Shown: positions 50,800 through 60,777 of the stretch, piece after piece | How the letters are laid out: each line of letters opens with the position of its first letter | Numbering within the stretch: the stretch's first letter is position 1 | Source of the DNA: Negativicutes bacterium | GTDB taxonomy: Bacteria > Bacillota > Negativicutes > UBA1444 | Assembly: GCA_963665275.2 (NCBI GenBank) | Contig: CAXXIN010000007.1 | Location: forward strand, 512,001-576,000 | Length of the DNA: 64,000 bases | Direction of reading: 5' to 3' | Made by a program: the position numbers and the translations under genes | Notes under the pieces: generated by a model | Database searches by the model: none | Told to the model about the DNA's origin: nothing | Seen by the model: only the letters and a program-made list of their open reading frames with translations

Positions 50800-51135
50800 T
50801 TACTGCCTATACCTTTTTTAAAGCTATCCCGGAAAGAGTCAAATAGATGAAGCGCAGCTAATGTGGGGTGTTGAAACATCATCCGAGGTCCTGAAAACCG
50901 CATGACATCCTTAATTTTATTCCGCATTATTCACAGAATAACAGTGAACCGGACAATGCAAGCACACTGGTTTGTGCTCGCCAAATTTACAACTATCCAG
51001 CCTTTTACAAGCATAATCCAGCAGGGCCTGGCAATCCTCACATTTCACTTTATCCGTTCGATGTTTGGCTTTGCAATATATCAATATCATTTTTTCAACA
51101 CAGATTTTTTCTCTGGTTATTCTTTTCCCCAGCAT
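50800..51135 (-). pseudogene. YgbA-like (nitrous-oxide-stimulated promoter family) protein, +1 frameshift
   Basis: REK..VEKMI.IYC..H..C..C..L..YA..RL..C.FG..KP.C..CPVHCY continues in another frame as MR.KI..VMRFSGPRM..HP. Confidence 0.8.
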
Positions 51136-51253
51136 GCCTGCCCTCCCAAACGACGCTCTTGGATAGATATCATTGAATTTCAAGCAGGCTTGTTTAGGGG
51201 ATTACTAATATCTAAATTCGAATTCGACTCACCAGCCGGCCCTTTATGTCACC

Positions 51254-51589
51254 TTACTTAAACATACCAAGTTTCTCAACCTTACTTACTCTTGTGGCAA
51301 AACTGCTATACCAAATATCTTGTCCCATCTTTTGGGCATCTTTATGTTTGGTATTATTCTTCCAATTTTCGATGGCTTGCAATGATTCCCAGTAAGATAT
51401 TCTTATCCCCACACCACTGGTATCTCTGACACTTTCCGCACCTAAAAATCCAGGTTGGCTATAGCCAAGTGCTTCCATTTCGTCGGCTGCCTGTTTAAAT
51501 CCGCCATCCCCATCAGTACGAACAGACGTGAATATAACCGCATAATAGGGTGGGGGTGGGGTTTTAGCTATTGCGCTCATCTCTGTCAC
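51254..51589 (-). CDS. Antibiotic biosynthesis monooxygenase (ABM) family protein
   Basis: PPYYAVIFTS..QPGFLG.ES..SYW..I.NWK..H..AQ..G..WY. Confidence 0.88.
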   Translation of the reverse strand: MTEMSAIAKTPPPPYYAVIFTSVRTDGDGGFKQAADEMEALGYSQPGFLGAESVRDTSGVGIRISYWESLQAIENWKNNTKHKDAQKMGQDIWYSSFATRVSKVEKLGMFK

Positions 51590-51709
51590 TCCTCGTATAC
51601 TTGAATTCGTCTACTGCAACTATTTTTTTTGTCAAAATCGAAACTGGCCAACAGGCTCGTTTCAAAGGTTGCACGGGTCCACGGAAACCCCGATAGCAAT
51701 ATCCGCTAT

Positions 51710-52948
51710 TTATTTGGAGTTGATCGCTGCAACATCATCTGGTTGAAAAAGTTGCCCTGGCAAGAAGAATGCACAGCAGAAGGCGAGTATCGGTATCACA
51801 GCGATCACTGTAAAAACACTAGCTATGCCAAAATGGTCAGCAACATGGCCTAAGAGAACCACCGCGATGCCCCCCAACCCTATACTAAATCCGAGTGTAA
51901 GACTAGCCGCTAAAGCTTCGTACCCAGGCATCATCTCCTGGGCCAATACTATTGTGGACGAGAAAGACGCAATATAGGTAAAACCGATAGCCACCAGCAA
52001 TGGAAAAGTCCAAAAAACGGAGGCAGATCTGAACAACGCAAGCAGAGGCAAGGTGAGAGCCATAGAGGCCAGGATCACTGTTTTGCGGCCAAACCTGTCA
52101 CCAAGGGCTCCTCCTGTATAAGTCCCGACTACGCCACTCAGCATATACCCTGTTATCAGATAGCCGGCATAAACCGGGTTTCCGCCGAGATAGTCCACAA
52201 AATATAAAGGGATGTAGTTCACTAACCCCGCTGCAATACTTGACCGAAGAAAAATATAAATCATTAAAATAATCACCTTGGTATAGAGGATGGGAGCGTT
52301 AACCCTGATTTCCTTTTCGGCAACACGGCTCGCTAATGGCCGGGGAGACATCTGATGCAGGTTTCTCCAGAGTAACGCAGCAAGCACAATTGCCGGAAGG
52401 CAGAAATATAGAGTATTGCTAATAGATCCCGGTAGTGCCAACAAAGCCATCATGAAAACAGATCCGCAGGCTTGGCCTAAATTACCACCCAATGAATAGA
52501 TTGCCATGCTGCGACCCCGACTGTACAGGTTGCTTACTGCATAGACGCTCTTGGCGGCTTGGGGATGGAACGTGGCAACTCCTAGACCTGTGATGGTCAC
52601 GATTGCAAGTAACGCAGGGTAAGAAGGAGCTAAACCAGTGACTGCCGTGCCAACTCCGGCCAGTAGAAGCCCGGCAGGCACCAACCAGCTTAATGCCAAG
52701 CGATCGCTGAAGTAGCCGAAAATGGGTTGAATTACCGATGATGTTAAATTTTGAATTAACACAATAAAGCCGACTTGAGTATAGGTCAGGGCAAAGGCGC
52801 TTTTGAAAAAGGGTAAAAGTATTGGTAGCGCCCCTACACTTAAATCAGCAACTGCATGACTTAAGGAAATTAGCAGCAAGGATTTGTTCAGGTAAGATGG
52901 TTTCTTGTCGGACATATTGTATCTCCCATATGTGTTCATTAACAACAT
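51710..52948 (-). CDS. MFS transporter (Fsr-like)
   Basis: H..AD..LP.LLP, QPIFGYFSDR, FHPQA, GGNLG, LGDRFGRK. Confidence 0.88.
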   Translation of the reverse strand: MLLMNTYGRYNMSDKKPSYLNKSLLLISLSHAVADLSVGALPILLPFFKSAFALTYTQVGFIVLIQNLTSSVIQPIFGYFSDRLALSWLVPAGLLLAGVGTAVTGLAPSYPALLAIVTITGLGVATFHPQAAKSVYAVSNLYSRGRSMAIYSLGGNLGQACGSVFMMALLALPGSISNTLYFCLPAIVLAALLWRNLHQMSPRPLASRVAEKEIRVNAPILYTKVIILMIYIFLRSSIAAGLVNYIPLYFVDYLGGNPVYAGYLITGYMLSGVVGTYTGGALGDRFGRKTVILASMALTLPLLALFRSASVFWTFPLLVAIGFTYIASFSSTIVLAQEMMPGYEALAASLTLGFSIGLGGIAVVLLGHVADHFGIASVFTVIAVIPILAFCCAFFLPGQLFQPDDVAAINSK

Positions 52949-52984
52949 TTCTTATTTCGTTCTGTGTAGAAGCGAAGAAAGCAG

Positions 52985-53386
52985 CTATTTGTCCGTTGTA
53001 CGGGATGCCTCTTTAGCTTTTTTCGCTTGTTTATAAGACGACCAGAACATCTGCATACTCATCACCGCAAAGAAAACGCTGAAAATCTGACGCAGCAGAG
53101 TCTCGGAGATGCTGTTGGCAACATAGGCACCAACTACGCCCCCAAGCATCAGGCCTACAGCAAGAAAAGGGATAACCCGGTAGTTGATCATCTTGTTGCG
53201 GTGATGCCTGGCCACGCCGACCAAAGCGGTCGGAATCATGGCAGCCAGTGCGGCAGCCTGAGCGGCATGCTGGCCGATTCCCATGAATACCACTGCAGAG
53301 GCAACCAATACCGCTCCACCGCCGATTCCGAGCAGTCCGCTGAGCACACCCGTGACCATCCCTGTAAGAATGGCGATAATGATCAC
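52985..53386 (-). CDS. Half-size TauE/SafE (TSUP) permease, second half
   Basis: GVLSGLLGIGGGAVLV..GQHAAQA; GTG start at 53386 overlapping the upstream TGA. Confidence 0.8.
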   Translation of the reverse strand: MIIIAILTGMVTGVLSGLLGIGGGAVLVASAVVFMGIGQHAAQAAALAAMIPTALVGVARHHRNKMINYRVIPFLAVGLMLGGVVGAYVANSISETLLRQIFSVFFAVMSMQMFWSSYKQAKKAKEASRTTDK

Positions 53387-53757
53387 AAGCTCACCCCCAT
53401 CCTGATAGCGATGGAAAGCGCGAGGACCGCAAAAATCATTTTTAGGATATGGGGCTTCACGTAGGGCATGAGGGACGCCCCGATGAAAGCACCAAATATA
53501 CCGCCGACGGCGAACAGCCCGGCAAGCCCAAAGTCGAGCTGGCCGAACTCTTTGTATACAAAAGCGCTGACAACAGCTCCCGGTATAATAACGGCCAGGC
53601 TCGTTGCGTGCGCCATATGCTGGCTCACGCCCAGGAAGCTGACCATGAGAGGAACGAGAATGATGGCTCCGCCGATTCCCAGTAGTCCGCCGACGACTCC
53701 CCCGGCAAAGCCGATGAGGAGGGCTTTCAAATTCTCCACTCGCTGCATCCCTTTCAT
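53383..53757 (-). CDS. Half-size TauE/SafE (TSUP) permease, first half
   Basis: GVVGGLLGIGGAIILVP..SQHMAHATSL. Confidence 0.82.
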   Translation of the reverse strand: MKGMQRVENLKALLIGFAGGVVGGLLGIGGAIILVPLMVSFLGVSQHMAHATSLAVIIPGAVVSAFVYKEFGQLDFGLAGLFAVGGIFGAFIGASLMPYVKPHILKMIFAVLALSIAIRMGVSL

Positions 53758-53943
53758 AAAATACAGAGATCAACCGTGCTTTGAATCAACGGAGCCGACC
53801 TATTTGGGATCGACACCGCTTTGCTTGCTTTACTATGCGAGAAATTCATTTCCTTGTTCACCGCCTTCTTCACCCATTGCCCCGCCCATCGGACGACTAA
53901 ATCGGCGAGATCGTGTTGGTCACGGACAAGCTGCAATTTTTTA

Positions 53944-54525
53944 TTATTGAAGATACTTTTGTTTAAATTCTCCCAGCATCGCGTGAAATTTTTCATGCGT
54001 TCCCATCCCAATGCGTTCTATTTCAATTTTTTCGAAGACTTCCGCCATTTCTTTCTGGTCCTCGGCAGAGATCTTCACATCAGCTATTGTATAGAGGTCG
54101 CGATCCTCCTTGGCAATGTGTTCGGTTAAAAGCCGAGCATAGCTTTTTGCTACCCCACTTAAATCTGACGCTGCGCTCTTGTTTCCCGCCTGGCGCCTTT
54201 TTAGCACTTCAGTCATTTCAACAACCAGTTTCCTGCCCAAAGCATGTTCTGCCAACAAATCCCTCACCAACTCAGATGTGGTCGGCACGCCCTCTTCTAC
54301 CAGTGCAGGGAACAAAACGTCCTCTTCTTTAGCGTGATGGCACTTGTCGACAAAGACTTTGAAGAACTCGATTAGTCTCTCAAGGTCAGCCGCGTATATA
54401 GCACCCTGAGTTCCCGGGGGTTCCACCAGCTTCGCACATAACTGTTCGAGGATCCGAAGTGACATTTTTACTCCATGATGTTCTTCTTTAAGCAGATCCG
54501 TGGCTTGCATCCTACACACCTCCAT
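53944..54525 (-). CDS. Hemerythrin (HHE) domain protein
   Basis: LKEEH, CHHAKEEDVLFP, LAEH, HIAKED..LY. Confidence 0.88.
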   Translation of the reverse strand: MEVCRMQATDLLKEEHHGVKMSLRILEQLCAKLVEPPGTQGAIYAADLERLIEFFKVFVDKCHHAKEEDVLFPALVEEGVPTTSELVRDLLAEHALGRKLVVEMTEVLKRRQAGNKSAASDLSGVAKSYARLLTEHIAKEDRDLYTIADVKISAEDQKEMAEVFEKIEIERIGMGTHEKFHAMLGEFKQKYLQ

Positions 54526-54552
54526 TATATTTTTTTTACGTTGTTCCCGTCC

Positions 54553-55734
54553 TCACTGGCTATATTCTGAAAAACGTCGACCAAATTCAAGGCAAGCCTG
54601 CTCATCCGGACTCCACAGATTTTTTAACTCCCCATCCATGACCGCAAACCCGGCTTCGGTGAGCAGCCGCGCCAAGACCTTGGGTCCTTCGCCACTCCAG
54701 CCATATGTGCCAAACGCTGCTGCCTTTTTCCCTTTGAAGGCAAGGCCTTTAATCTCTTCCATTAATCCCGCAAGAGAAGATAATATCCCCTTGTTGACGG
54801 TTGGGCAACCTAAAAGGATGGCCTTGGATTTAAATACTTCGGTGATGATATCGTTCTTGTCTGTTCGGGAACTGTTATAGAGTTTCACCATGACATCAGG
54901 ATCGGCAGTTCGTATTCCGGCCGCTATCTCTTCTGCCATGCGACGGGTTCCGTCCCACATGGTATCATAAATGATCGTGATCTGATTTTCCTTGTATGCC
55001 GCGGCCCATTTCACATAATTTTCTACGATTTGGAGCGGGTTGCTGCGCCAGAAGACCCCATGGCTTGGACAAATCATATCGATCGGCAGATTGAGAGCGA
55101 CGATGTCTTTGATTTTTTTCGCTACCAGCGGACTGAAAGGATTCAAGATATTGGCATAGTATTTGATGCACTCGGCATATAGTTCGTGTGGATCAACCAA
55201 GTCATTGTACATCTGCTCCGTAGCGTAGTGCTGGCCGAAGGCGTCATTGCTGAAAACGATGTTGTCCCCGGCAAGATAGCTGAGCATGCTGTCCGGCCAA
55301 TGGGGCATGGGCATTTCGATAAATGTCAGCTCTTTTGTACCCAGATTGAATTTGTCCCCTGTTTTCACGGCCTTGAAGTTCCAGTCCTGCCCATATTGAC
55401 CTTTGAGCGATTTTACGGCATTGGCGGTGCAGTAGATCGGCGTCTCCGGAATGCGCCGCATTAGTTCCGGCAGCGCTCCGCTATGATCCACCTCGCCATG
55501 GTTCATGATAATCGCGTCAATCGAAGCGAGATCTATTGTCTGCTGGAGATTATGGACAAATTCCTTGGCAAAAGGCAGCCAGACCGTGTCAATAAGGACA
55601 GTTTTTTCATCCTGAATCAAATAAGAGTTGTACGAAGAGCCCCGATGGGTTGAATACTCTTCGCCGTGAAATTTGCGCAGCTCCCAGTCAATCTTTCCTA
55701 CCCAGGTAACCCCTGGTTTAATTTGAAATGCCAT
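54553..55734 (-). CDS. fprA: Flavodiiron protein (NO/O2 reductase)
   Basis: HGEVDHSG, HWPD, SNDAFGQH, PSHG, flavodoxin TMWDGT..FGTYGWSG. Confidence 0.92.
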   Translation of the reverse strand: MAFQIKPGVTWVGKIDWELRKFHGEEYSTHRGSSYNSYLIQDEKTVLIDTVWLPFAKEFVHNLQQTIDLASIDAIIMNHGEVDHSGALPELMRRIPETPIYCTANAVKSLKGQYGQDWNFKAVKTGDKFNLGTKELTFIEMPMPHWPDSMLSYLAGDNIVFSNDAFGQHYATEQMYNDLVDPHELYAECIKYYANILNPFSPLVAKKIKDIVALNLPIDMICPSHGVFWRSNPLQIVENYVKWAAAYKENQITIIYDTMWDGTRRMAEEIAAGIRTADPDVMVKLYNSSRTDKNDIITEVFKSKAILLGCPTVNKGILSSLAGLMEEIKGLAFKGKKAAAFGTYGWSGEGPKVLARLLTEAGFAVMDGELKNLWSPDEQACLEFGRRFSEYSQ

Positions 55735-55804
55735 TAATGAACCCTCCCCTGCATGATTTTTTCGGGTTGTGCGTTTTTCGAGCTAAAATATCGGTAGTTG
55801 TTCG

Positions 55805-56260
55805 CTACAAACCGTGCTTTCCCGAAATAGTCTCCATGTTCATTTTATAGACTAAAACTCGGTCCAGCATCTTTTCGATCACGGTCAGGCCTTTTTCAAA
55901 GTAATCAGGACTTTTACGTTTCACAACCCAGGTCATCACTTGCCGTTTGAACTCCGGTTCGTCGATCAGCTCAATTCCCCCTTCGACAATGACGGATTTG
56001 TACTTCCTGCCGAATCTACTGGGGACGATCTCATTTTCGCCGATGATCACTGCACATACCCATGGAGTTGCTTTCATGGAGCTCACTTTCCGACCTTCTT
56101 TTGAACCGTGGAAGTATAAGCTATTGCCATCGCGAACATAATCCATCGGTAACCCGTAAGGCCTGTCTGCCGGATCGTTTAGGCAAAGCACCGCATATTG
56201 ATTTTCATCAACAATCGCAAGAGCCTCTTCTTGAGACAACACCAAATCCAGCCGCCTCAT
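55805..56260 (-). CDS. Pyridoxamine 5'-phosphate oxidase/NimA-like protein
   Basis: MRR.D, PYGLPM.Y..LYFHG..EGRK, YKSVIVEG, ISGK. Confidence 0.85.
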   Translation of the reverse strand: MRRLDLVLSQEEALAIVDENQYAVLCLNDPADRPYGLPMDYVRDGNSLYFHGSKEGRKVSSMKATPWVCAVIIGENEIVPSRFGRKYKSVIVEGGIELIDEPEFKRQVMTWVVKRKSPDYFEKGLTVIEKMLDRVLVYKMNMETISGKHGL

Positions 56261-56329
56261 CTTTATTCCCCCTCATAAAAGTTCCGTCTCCTTACCGGCT
56301 TACAATTCAACAACTTCATAGAATTAAGT

Positions 56330-56692
56330 TTATGGAACATTCGTATTTTTGCCACTTTCAATATATTCCTTTAGGGCAACGGCGTTGTTGTGTTCAGTGT
56401 CTTTAGCAGCAAATACGAACGTTAAAGAGCCTACGGACACCTTTTCCATTATCGGGCGAAGTAGGTCATTCTTATTAGATAGTTCTGCAAAATAGCGCAT
56501 TTTAAACTCAGCCCATTTTGCCACATCATGCGCATACCACTTTCGAAGCTTCTCACTGGGGGCGATAGTCTTTTGCCAATCGCTAATTTGGACTTCTGAT
56601 TTAGTTAAGCCCCTCGGCCAAAGTCTATCCACCAAGATTCTGTAGCCGTCGCTTTCATCAACTTTGTCATAGACCCGCTTTATCTTTATCAT
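56330..56692 (-). CDS. DUF488 (YeaO-like) protein
   Basis: IKRVYD..DGYRILVDRLWPRG..IAPS..LRKWY.H..HNNA. Confidence 0.9.
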   Translation of the reverse strand: MIKIKRVYDKVDESDGYRILVDRLWPRGLTKSEVQISDWQKTIAPSEKLRKWYAHDVAKWAEFKMRYFAELSNKNDLLRPIMEKVSVGSLTFVFAAKDTEHNNAVALKEYIESGKNTNVP

Positions 56693-56823
56693 TGTCTTAC
56701 CTCCAGTCCTCGATAACCCACTTCGCCAAGGCGGTGTGACAAATTGGGCATCTTATTTACATAACATGCCCAATTTACAAGGCTATTGAACGCCAGGGCA
56801 GTTATGCCAAAGTTTTTGATAAA

Positions 56824-57063
56824 CTACTCGACAGAAATTACCTGTACAGGACAGACTTCTGCTCCTTGGCGGGCGCACGATGCAAGATTATCCTCGACTT
56901 CTCCTTCAGCAATGTTACCACCGATCTGAAATTTAGCGACAATCTGGCTTTTCGCATCTTCGGCATTTTGTTCGTAGACATCAGAACATCTCGACCAACA
57001 GGCCCCGCAGCTGATGCATCCATCACGGTCTATGATGATTTTTACCATTTCATTCACCTCCAC
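56824..57063 (-). CDS. Single-cluster ferredoxin
   Basis: CISCGAC...C..CPVQVI. Confidence 0.88.
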   Translation of the reverse strand: MEVNEMVKIIIDRDGCISCGACWSRCSDVYEQNAEDAKSQIVAKFQIGGNIAEGEVEDNLASCARQGAEVCPVQVISVE

Positions 57064-57156
57064 ATTTTATCTCAATGGTTATTCTTCAAGGGTTTAACCA
57101 ACCATGAAGTCCATTGGCAATTATACTGCTGCCTTTTTGTGATGTTGTGCCTGGGC

Positions 57157-57603
57157 TCAACCCTGAGTCAACTTGACCCACTCGCCGACCATCATTGAGG
57201 CCGGATATAAAACCTCTTCTTCATTTTGGGCGTGGATCATCAGTCTTTTCGCAAAACGAAGCATTTCAGGCCGATTTTCTTCTTTCGCTGCATCCCGGAG
57301 AATTTTCAGTGCTGCGCCAATATCCTGATGATCTGTCACCCTTAGAGGCAGCTCTTTTTTTAGTTGGTCCGTCAGATAGAGCACTTCCTTCATTTCCTCC
57401 GTTATATTACCTGCAGCCAAAGCGGGCAACAGAGACAATGGCGGCAATACAAGCTGCTCTTCTGTCGCAAAATGAGGCCGGATCATTTCCATCAATTTGC
57501 GGGCAGCATCAGCGACCTTTCCTCCGCCCTGGAACCCGGATTCCAATTCTTTAAGCAAATCTTCGTGTTCCATAGCCAGTGATTTGGGTGTTTTAACTTC
57601 CAT
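57157..57603 (-). CDS. Hemerythrin-like protein
   Basis: EH, HFATEE, DH, HAQNEEEVLYP. Confidence 0.8.
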   Translation of the reverse strand: MEVKTPKSLAMEHEDLLKELESGFQGGGKVADAARKLMEMIRPHFATEEQLVLPPLSLLPALAAGNITEEMKEVLYLTDQLKKELPLRVTDHQDIGAALKILRDAAKEENRPEMLRFAKRLMIHAQNEEEVLYPASMMVGEWVKLTQG

Positions 57604-57732
57604 AAAACAGCACCCCTCTTATATCTCCCTGATCAAACAGTTTTTCCATAGTTTACGTCTTCAACAAAGGGCAGCTGCCCTATCGGTTCGATAGATAATA
57701 ATCGGATGCCAATAGAGTCAGCTTTCTTGCAC

Positions 57733-59364
57733 TTATGCTTTCATAAACAGATCAATGTCGCCCTCAACTGTGCCGATGCCGGCAATTCCAAACGTTTCAA
57801 CCAGCACCTTGGCGACATTCGGGGATAAGAATCCCGGCAGTGTCGGCCCCAGGTGAATGTTCTTCACGCCCAGATACAACAGCGCCAACAAAACAATGAC
57901 CGCTTTTTGCTCATACCAGGCAATGTTGTAGGCGATCGGCAACTTGTTGATATCGTCAAGGCCGAAGACTTCTTTCAGTTTCAGCGCAATCACGGCCAGC
58001 GAATAGGAGTCATTGCACTGCCCTGCGTCCAGCACGCGGGGAATCCCGCCGATATCGCCCAGAGCCAGCTTGTTGTAGCGGTATTTGGCACAGCCTGCCG
58101 TCAGGATAACCGTGTCTTTGGGCAGTTTTGCCGCGAAATCCGTGTAGTATTCCCTCGACTTCATCCGGCCATCGCAACCGGCCATCACAAAGAATTTCTT
58201 GATCGCGCCGGATTTCACCGCAGCCACTACTTTATCCGCCAATGCAAATACCTGCTCGTGGGCAAACCCACCGACAATTTTGCCGGTTTCGATTTCGGTC
58301 GGCGACTTCAGTGTCTTGGCCATGGCAATGACGGCCGAAAAATCTTTTTTACCGTTTTTATCGGCTTCGATGTGCGGGCAGCCGGGATATCCCGAAGAAC
58401 CGGTCGTGAAGATCCGGGCCCGGACTTCCTCGCTGCGGGGCGGAACGATGCAATTGGTCGTGAACAGGATAGGCCCGTTGAATGATTCAAACTCGCCCAC
58501 CTGTTTCCACCAGGCATTGCCATAGTTTCCGACCAGATTGTCATACTTTTTAAACGCCGGATAATAATGGGCAGGCAACATTTCACTATGGGTATACACA
58601 TCGACGCCAGTGCCTTTTGTTTGTTCCAGCAGTTGCTCCAGGTCGGTCAGATCGTGACCCGATATTAGAATGGCCGGATTGTGGCGCACACCGAGATTCA
58701 CTTCCGTAATCTGAGGATGGCCATACTTTGTCGTGTTGGCCTCATCCAGCATCGCCATTGCCGTTACACCAAATTGCCCCGTCTTCAGTGTCAATGCCAC
58801 CAGTTCGTCGGCAGAAAGGCCATCATTGAGCGTTGCCACCAGGGCTTCATAAACGAAAGCGTAAAGTTCATTGTTTTCCTTGCCGATATTCAGGGCATGG
58901 TGCGCATATGCCGCCAGACCCTTCAATCCATAGGTAATCAGTTCGCGCAACGAACGGACGTCTTCATTCTTTGTTGCCAGCACACCAACGGTGGCGGCCT
59001 TAGTCAGCATGCTTTCCAGGGATGAAACTTCGAATGTTGCCGCGTCATGCAATTGTTTCACCGAAATCTTGGCCCGCAGTTCATTGCGCAGCACCAGCAT
59101 TTTTTTGATTTCTTTTTCAAAGGCGGCCCCGTCATAGTTGGCATTCGTAATTGTCATGAACAGGCTGTTGAGCACCTCGTGGTTTACCGGTCCCAGTTCA
59201 TTGACATCCAGTTTGCCTTTGACTACGATTTCCGAGATGCCTTTCAGCGTGTATATGAGCAAATCCTGAAGCTTGGCGATCTCTTCGGTTTTGCCACATA
59301 CGCCTCTGATTTCGCACCCTGTGCCTTTTGCTGTTTCTTGACATTGATAACAGAACATACTCAT
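57733..59364 (-). CDS. hcp: Hybrid cluster protein (hydroxylamine/NO reductase)
   Basis: [43 protein letters not shown]. Confidence 0.97.
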   Translation of the reverse strand: MSMFCYQCQETAKGTGCEIRGVCGKTEEIAKLQDLLIYTLKGISEIVVKGKLDVNELGPVNHEVLNSLFMTITNANYDGAAFEKEIKKMLVLRNELRAKISVKQLHDAATFEVSSLESMLTKAATVGVLATKNEDVRSLRELITYGLKGLAAYAHHALNIGKENNELYAFVYEALVATLNDGLSADELVALTLKTGQFGVTAMAMLDEANTTKYGHPQITEVNLGVRHNPAILISGHDLTDLEQLLEQTKGTGVDVYTHSEMLPAHYYPAFKKYDNLVGNYGNAWWKQVGEFESFNGPILFTTNCIVPPRSEEVRARIFTTGSSGYPGCPHIEADKNGKKDFSAVIAMAKTLKSPTEIETGKIVGGFAHEQVFALADKVVAAVKSGAIKKFFVMAGCDGRMKSREYYTDFAAKLPKDTVILTAGCAKYRYNKLALGDIGGIPRVLDAGQCNDSYSLAVIALKLKEVFGLDDINKLPIAYNIAWYEQKAVIVLLALLYLGVKNIHLGPTLPGFLSPNVAKVLVETFGIAGIGTVEGDIDLFMKA

Positions 59365-59449
59365 GGATATTCCCCCTTCTATTTTCCAGTTACATGGTTA
59401 TGGTGTTCTGGCAGTCAGCCAAATTTAAGGCATTGGCTGTTCATCTGTC

Positions 59450-59740
59450 CTATTGGATTATGATCTTGTAAAAGGTGGGTGTTGGACTCCCTTCAAACAA
59501 CCCAATCACTTTTTTTCCAGCTTCCGCATGGATAGGGCTGGAATGCATGGTCATAAAGTTCTCTTTACCCTCCATTTCAACGACGGCAGCATAGGTGCCG
59601 CCTTTTTCGGGTTCCAGAAGGCTCCTGCGGATAAACCCTGGGAATTTGCTGAACTCCGAGTTTGACCATTTGAACCAGGTCTTAAATGCTTCGTCCTGAC
59701 CGTCTTTAATCTTCGGGAACTGAATAATGGATACGAACAT
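59450..59740 (-). CDS. ABM-family protein
   Basis: F..WF..SN..F...PGFI.R.LL..Y..VE..F..MH.SP.H pattern. Confidence 0.75.
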   Translation of the reverse strand: MFVSIIQFPKIKDGQDEAFKTWFKWSNSEFSKFPGFIRRSLLEPEKGGTYAAVVEMEGKENFMTMHSSPIHAEAGKKVIGLFEGSPTPTFYKIIIQ

Positions 59741-59807
59741 GAACTACACCTTCTTTCCATATTTTTTCGGCTTCGCTTGACCGTCTGGAATTCCCCACTG
59801 ATCACAA

Positions 59808-60395
59808 TTACAAGGCTATGGAACGTTGGTATTGTTGCCAAAGCTTCTGGGGACAGTCGTCCAGCACTTCTTTGTGAACCTGTCCAAGAATGGCCAGCGG
59901 CTGAACCATACCCAAGAACATCATGGCAGCGGCTGTGGCATCAATGTCCGGGCTGATCTCGCCCCTTTCCTGTCCCAGCAGCAGCAGCTTTTTCACCTGT
60001 TGTACATAGAAACCCACCGCAGACAACATGCTGGCCTTCAATTCAGGGTTGCGGTCGCTGCTGAGAAGAAAGTACAGAACGCGCGGCGTCGCAGCTTCTT
60101 CTTTGAGTAATGATACATGCAGTTCAAATAAAATCTTCAACTTGGCTATAGACGTTCCAGTAACGGTATTCATTTGATCTAAGTTATACTTAAGGCGTTT
60201 GTCTATGTGTTCGATTAGGGCGGCGACAATTTCCTCCCGTCCTTTGAAATGCCTGTATATGGCCGCCGGAACGATCCCAACCCTTGCCGCGATGTCCTGG
60301 ATGCTTAATTTGTCCAGTCCACTATGTTCGACAATCGCCAACGCAGCCTGAATAATTTCTTCTCTCCTGACTTCGGTGCTCTTTCTGCTTCTCAC
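59808..60395 (-). CDS. TetR/AcrR family regulator
   Basis: RREEIIQAAL..G..LSIQDIAARVGIVPAAIYRHF. Confidence 0.92.
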   Translation of the reverse strand: MRSRKSTEVRREEIIQAALAIVEHSGLDKLSIQDIAARVGIVPAAIYRHFKGREEIVAALIEHIDKRLKYNLDQMNTVTGTSIAKLKILFELHVSLLKEEAATPRVLYFLLSSDRNPELKASMLSAVGFYVQQVKKLLLLGQERGEISPDIDATAAAMMFLGMVQPLAILGQVHKEVLDDCPQKLWQQYQRSIAL

Positions 60396-60488
60396 GAAAT
60401 CCCTCCTGACAACCTGTCGTTACAATTTCCGATCATTGGTTGTCTTTATGTTGCCGTTTGCCGGAGCCGACTGTCGCCTGGCAATAAA

Positions 60489-60713
60489 CTACGCGACGGC
60501 AATGACCTGCATGGGACATCCGTCAGCCGCCTGACGGACGCAGTCTGCCAAATTTTCCCCGACTTCTCCTTCACCGCTATTCCCCTGGACCTGATATTTA
60601 CCAACAATCTGGCTTTTCGCATCATCGGCATTGGATTCGAAGACTTCCGGGCAACTTCCCCAACAGGCTCCACAACCAATACAACCATCCCTGTCGATCG
60701 CTATTTTTACCAT
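60489..60713 (-). CDS. Single-cluster ferredoxin (paralog of 56824-57063)
   Basis: CIGCGAC...CP..CPMQVI. Confidence 0.88.
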   Translation of the reverse strand: MVKIAIDRDGCIGCGACWGSCPEVFESNADDAKSQIVGKYQVQGNSGEGEVGENLADCVRQAADGCPMQVIAVA

Positions 60714-60777
60714 TTATTTTGCCTCCTGCTTTTATAGTCGAATATTCGTCAGGTTCACCAAAAATCCTGTCCCAACC

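Noticed and set aside
52985-53773. Single 262-aa ORF from the track
   Set aside because: The N-terminal half is an off-frame read of the first TauE half-gene; only the part from GTG 53386 is credible.
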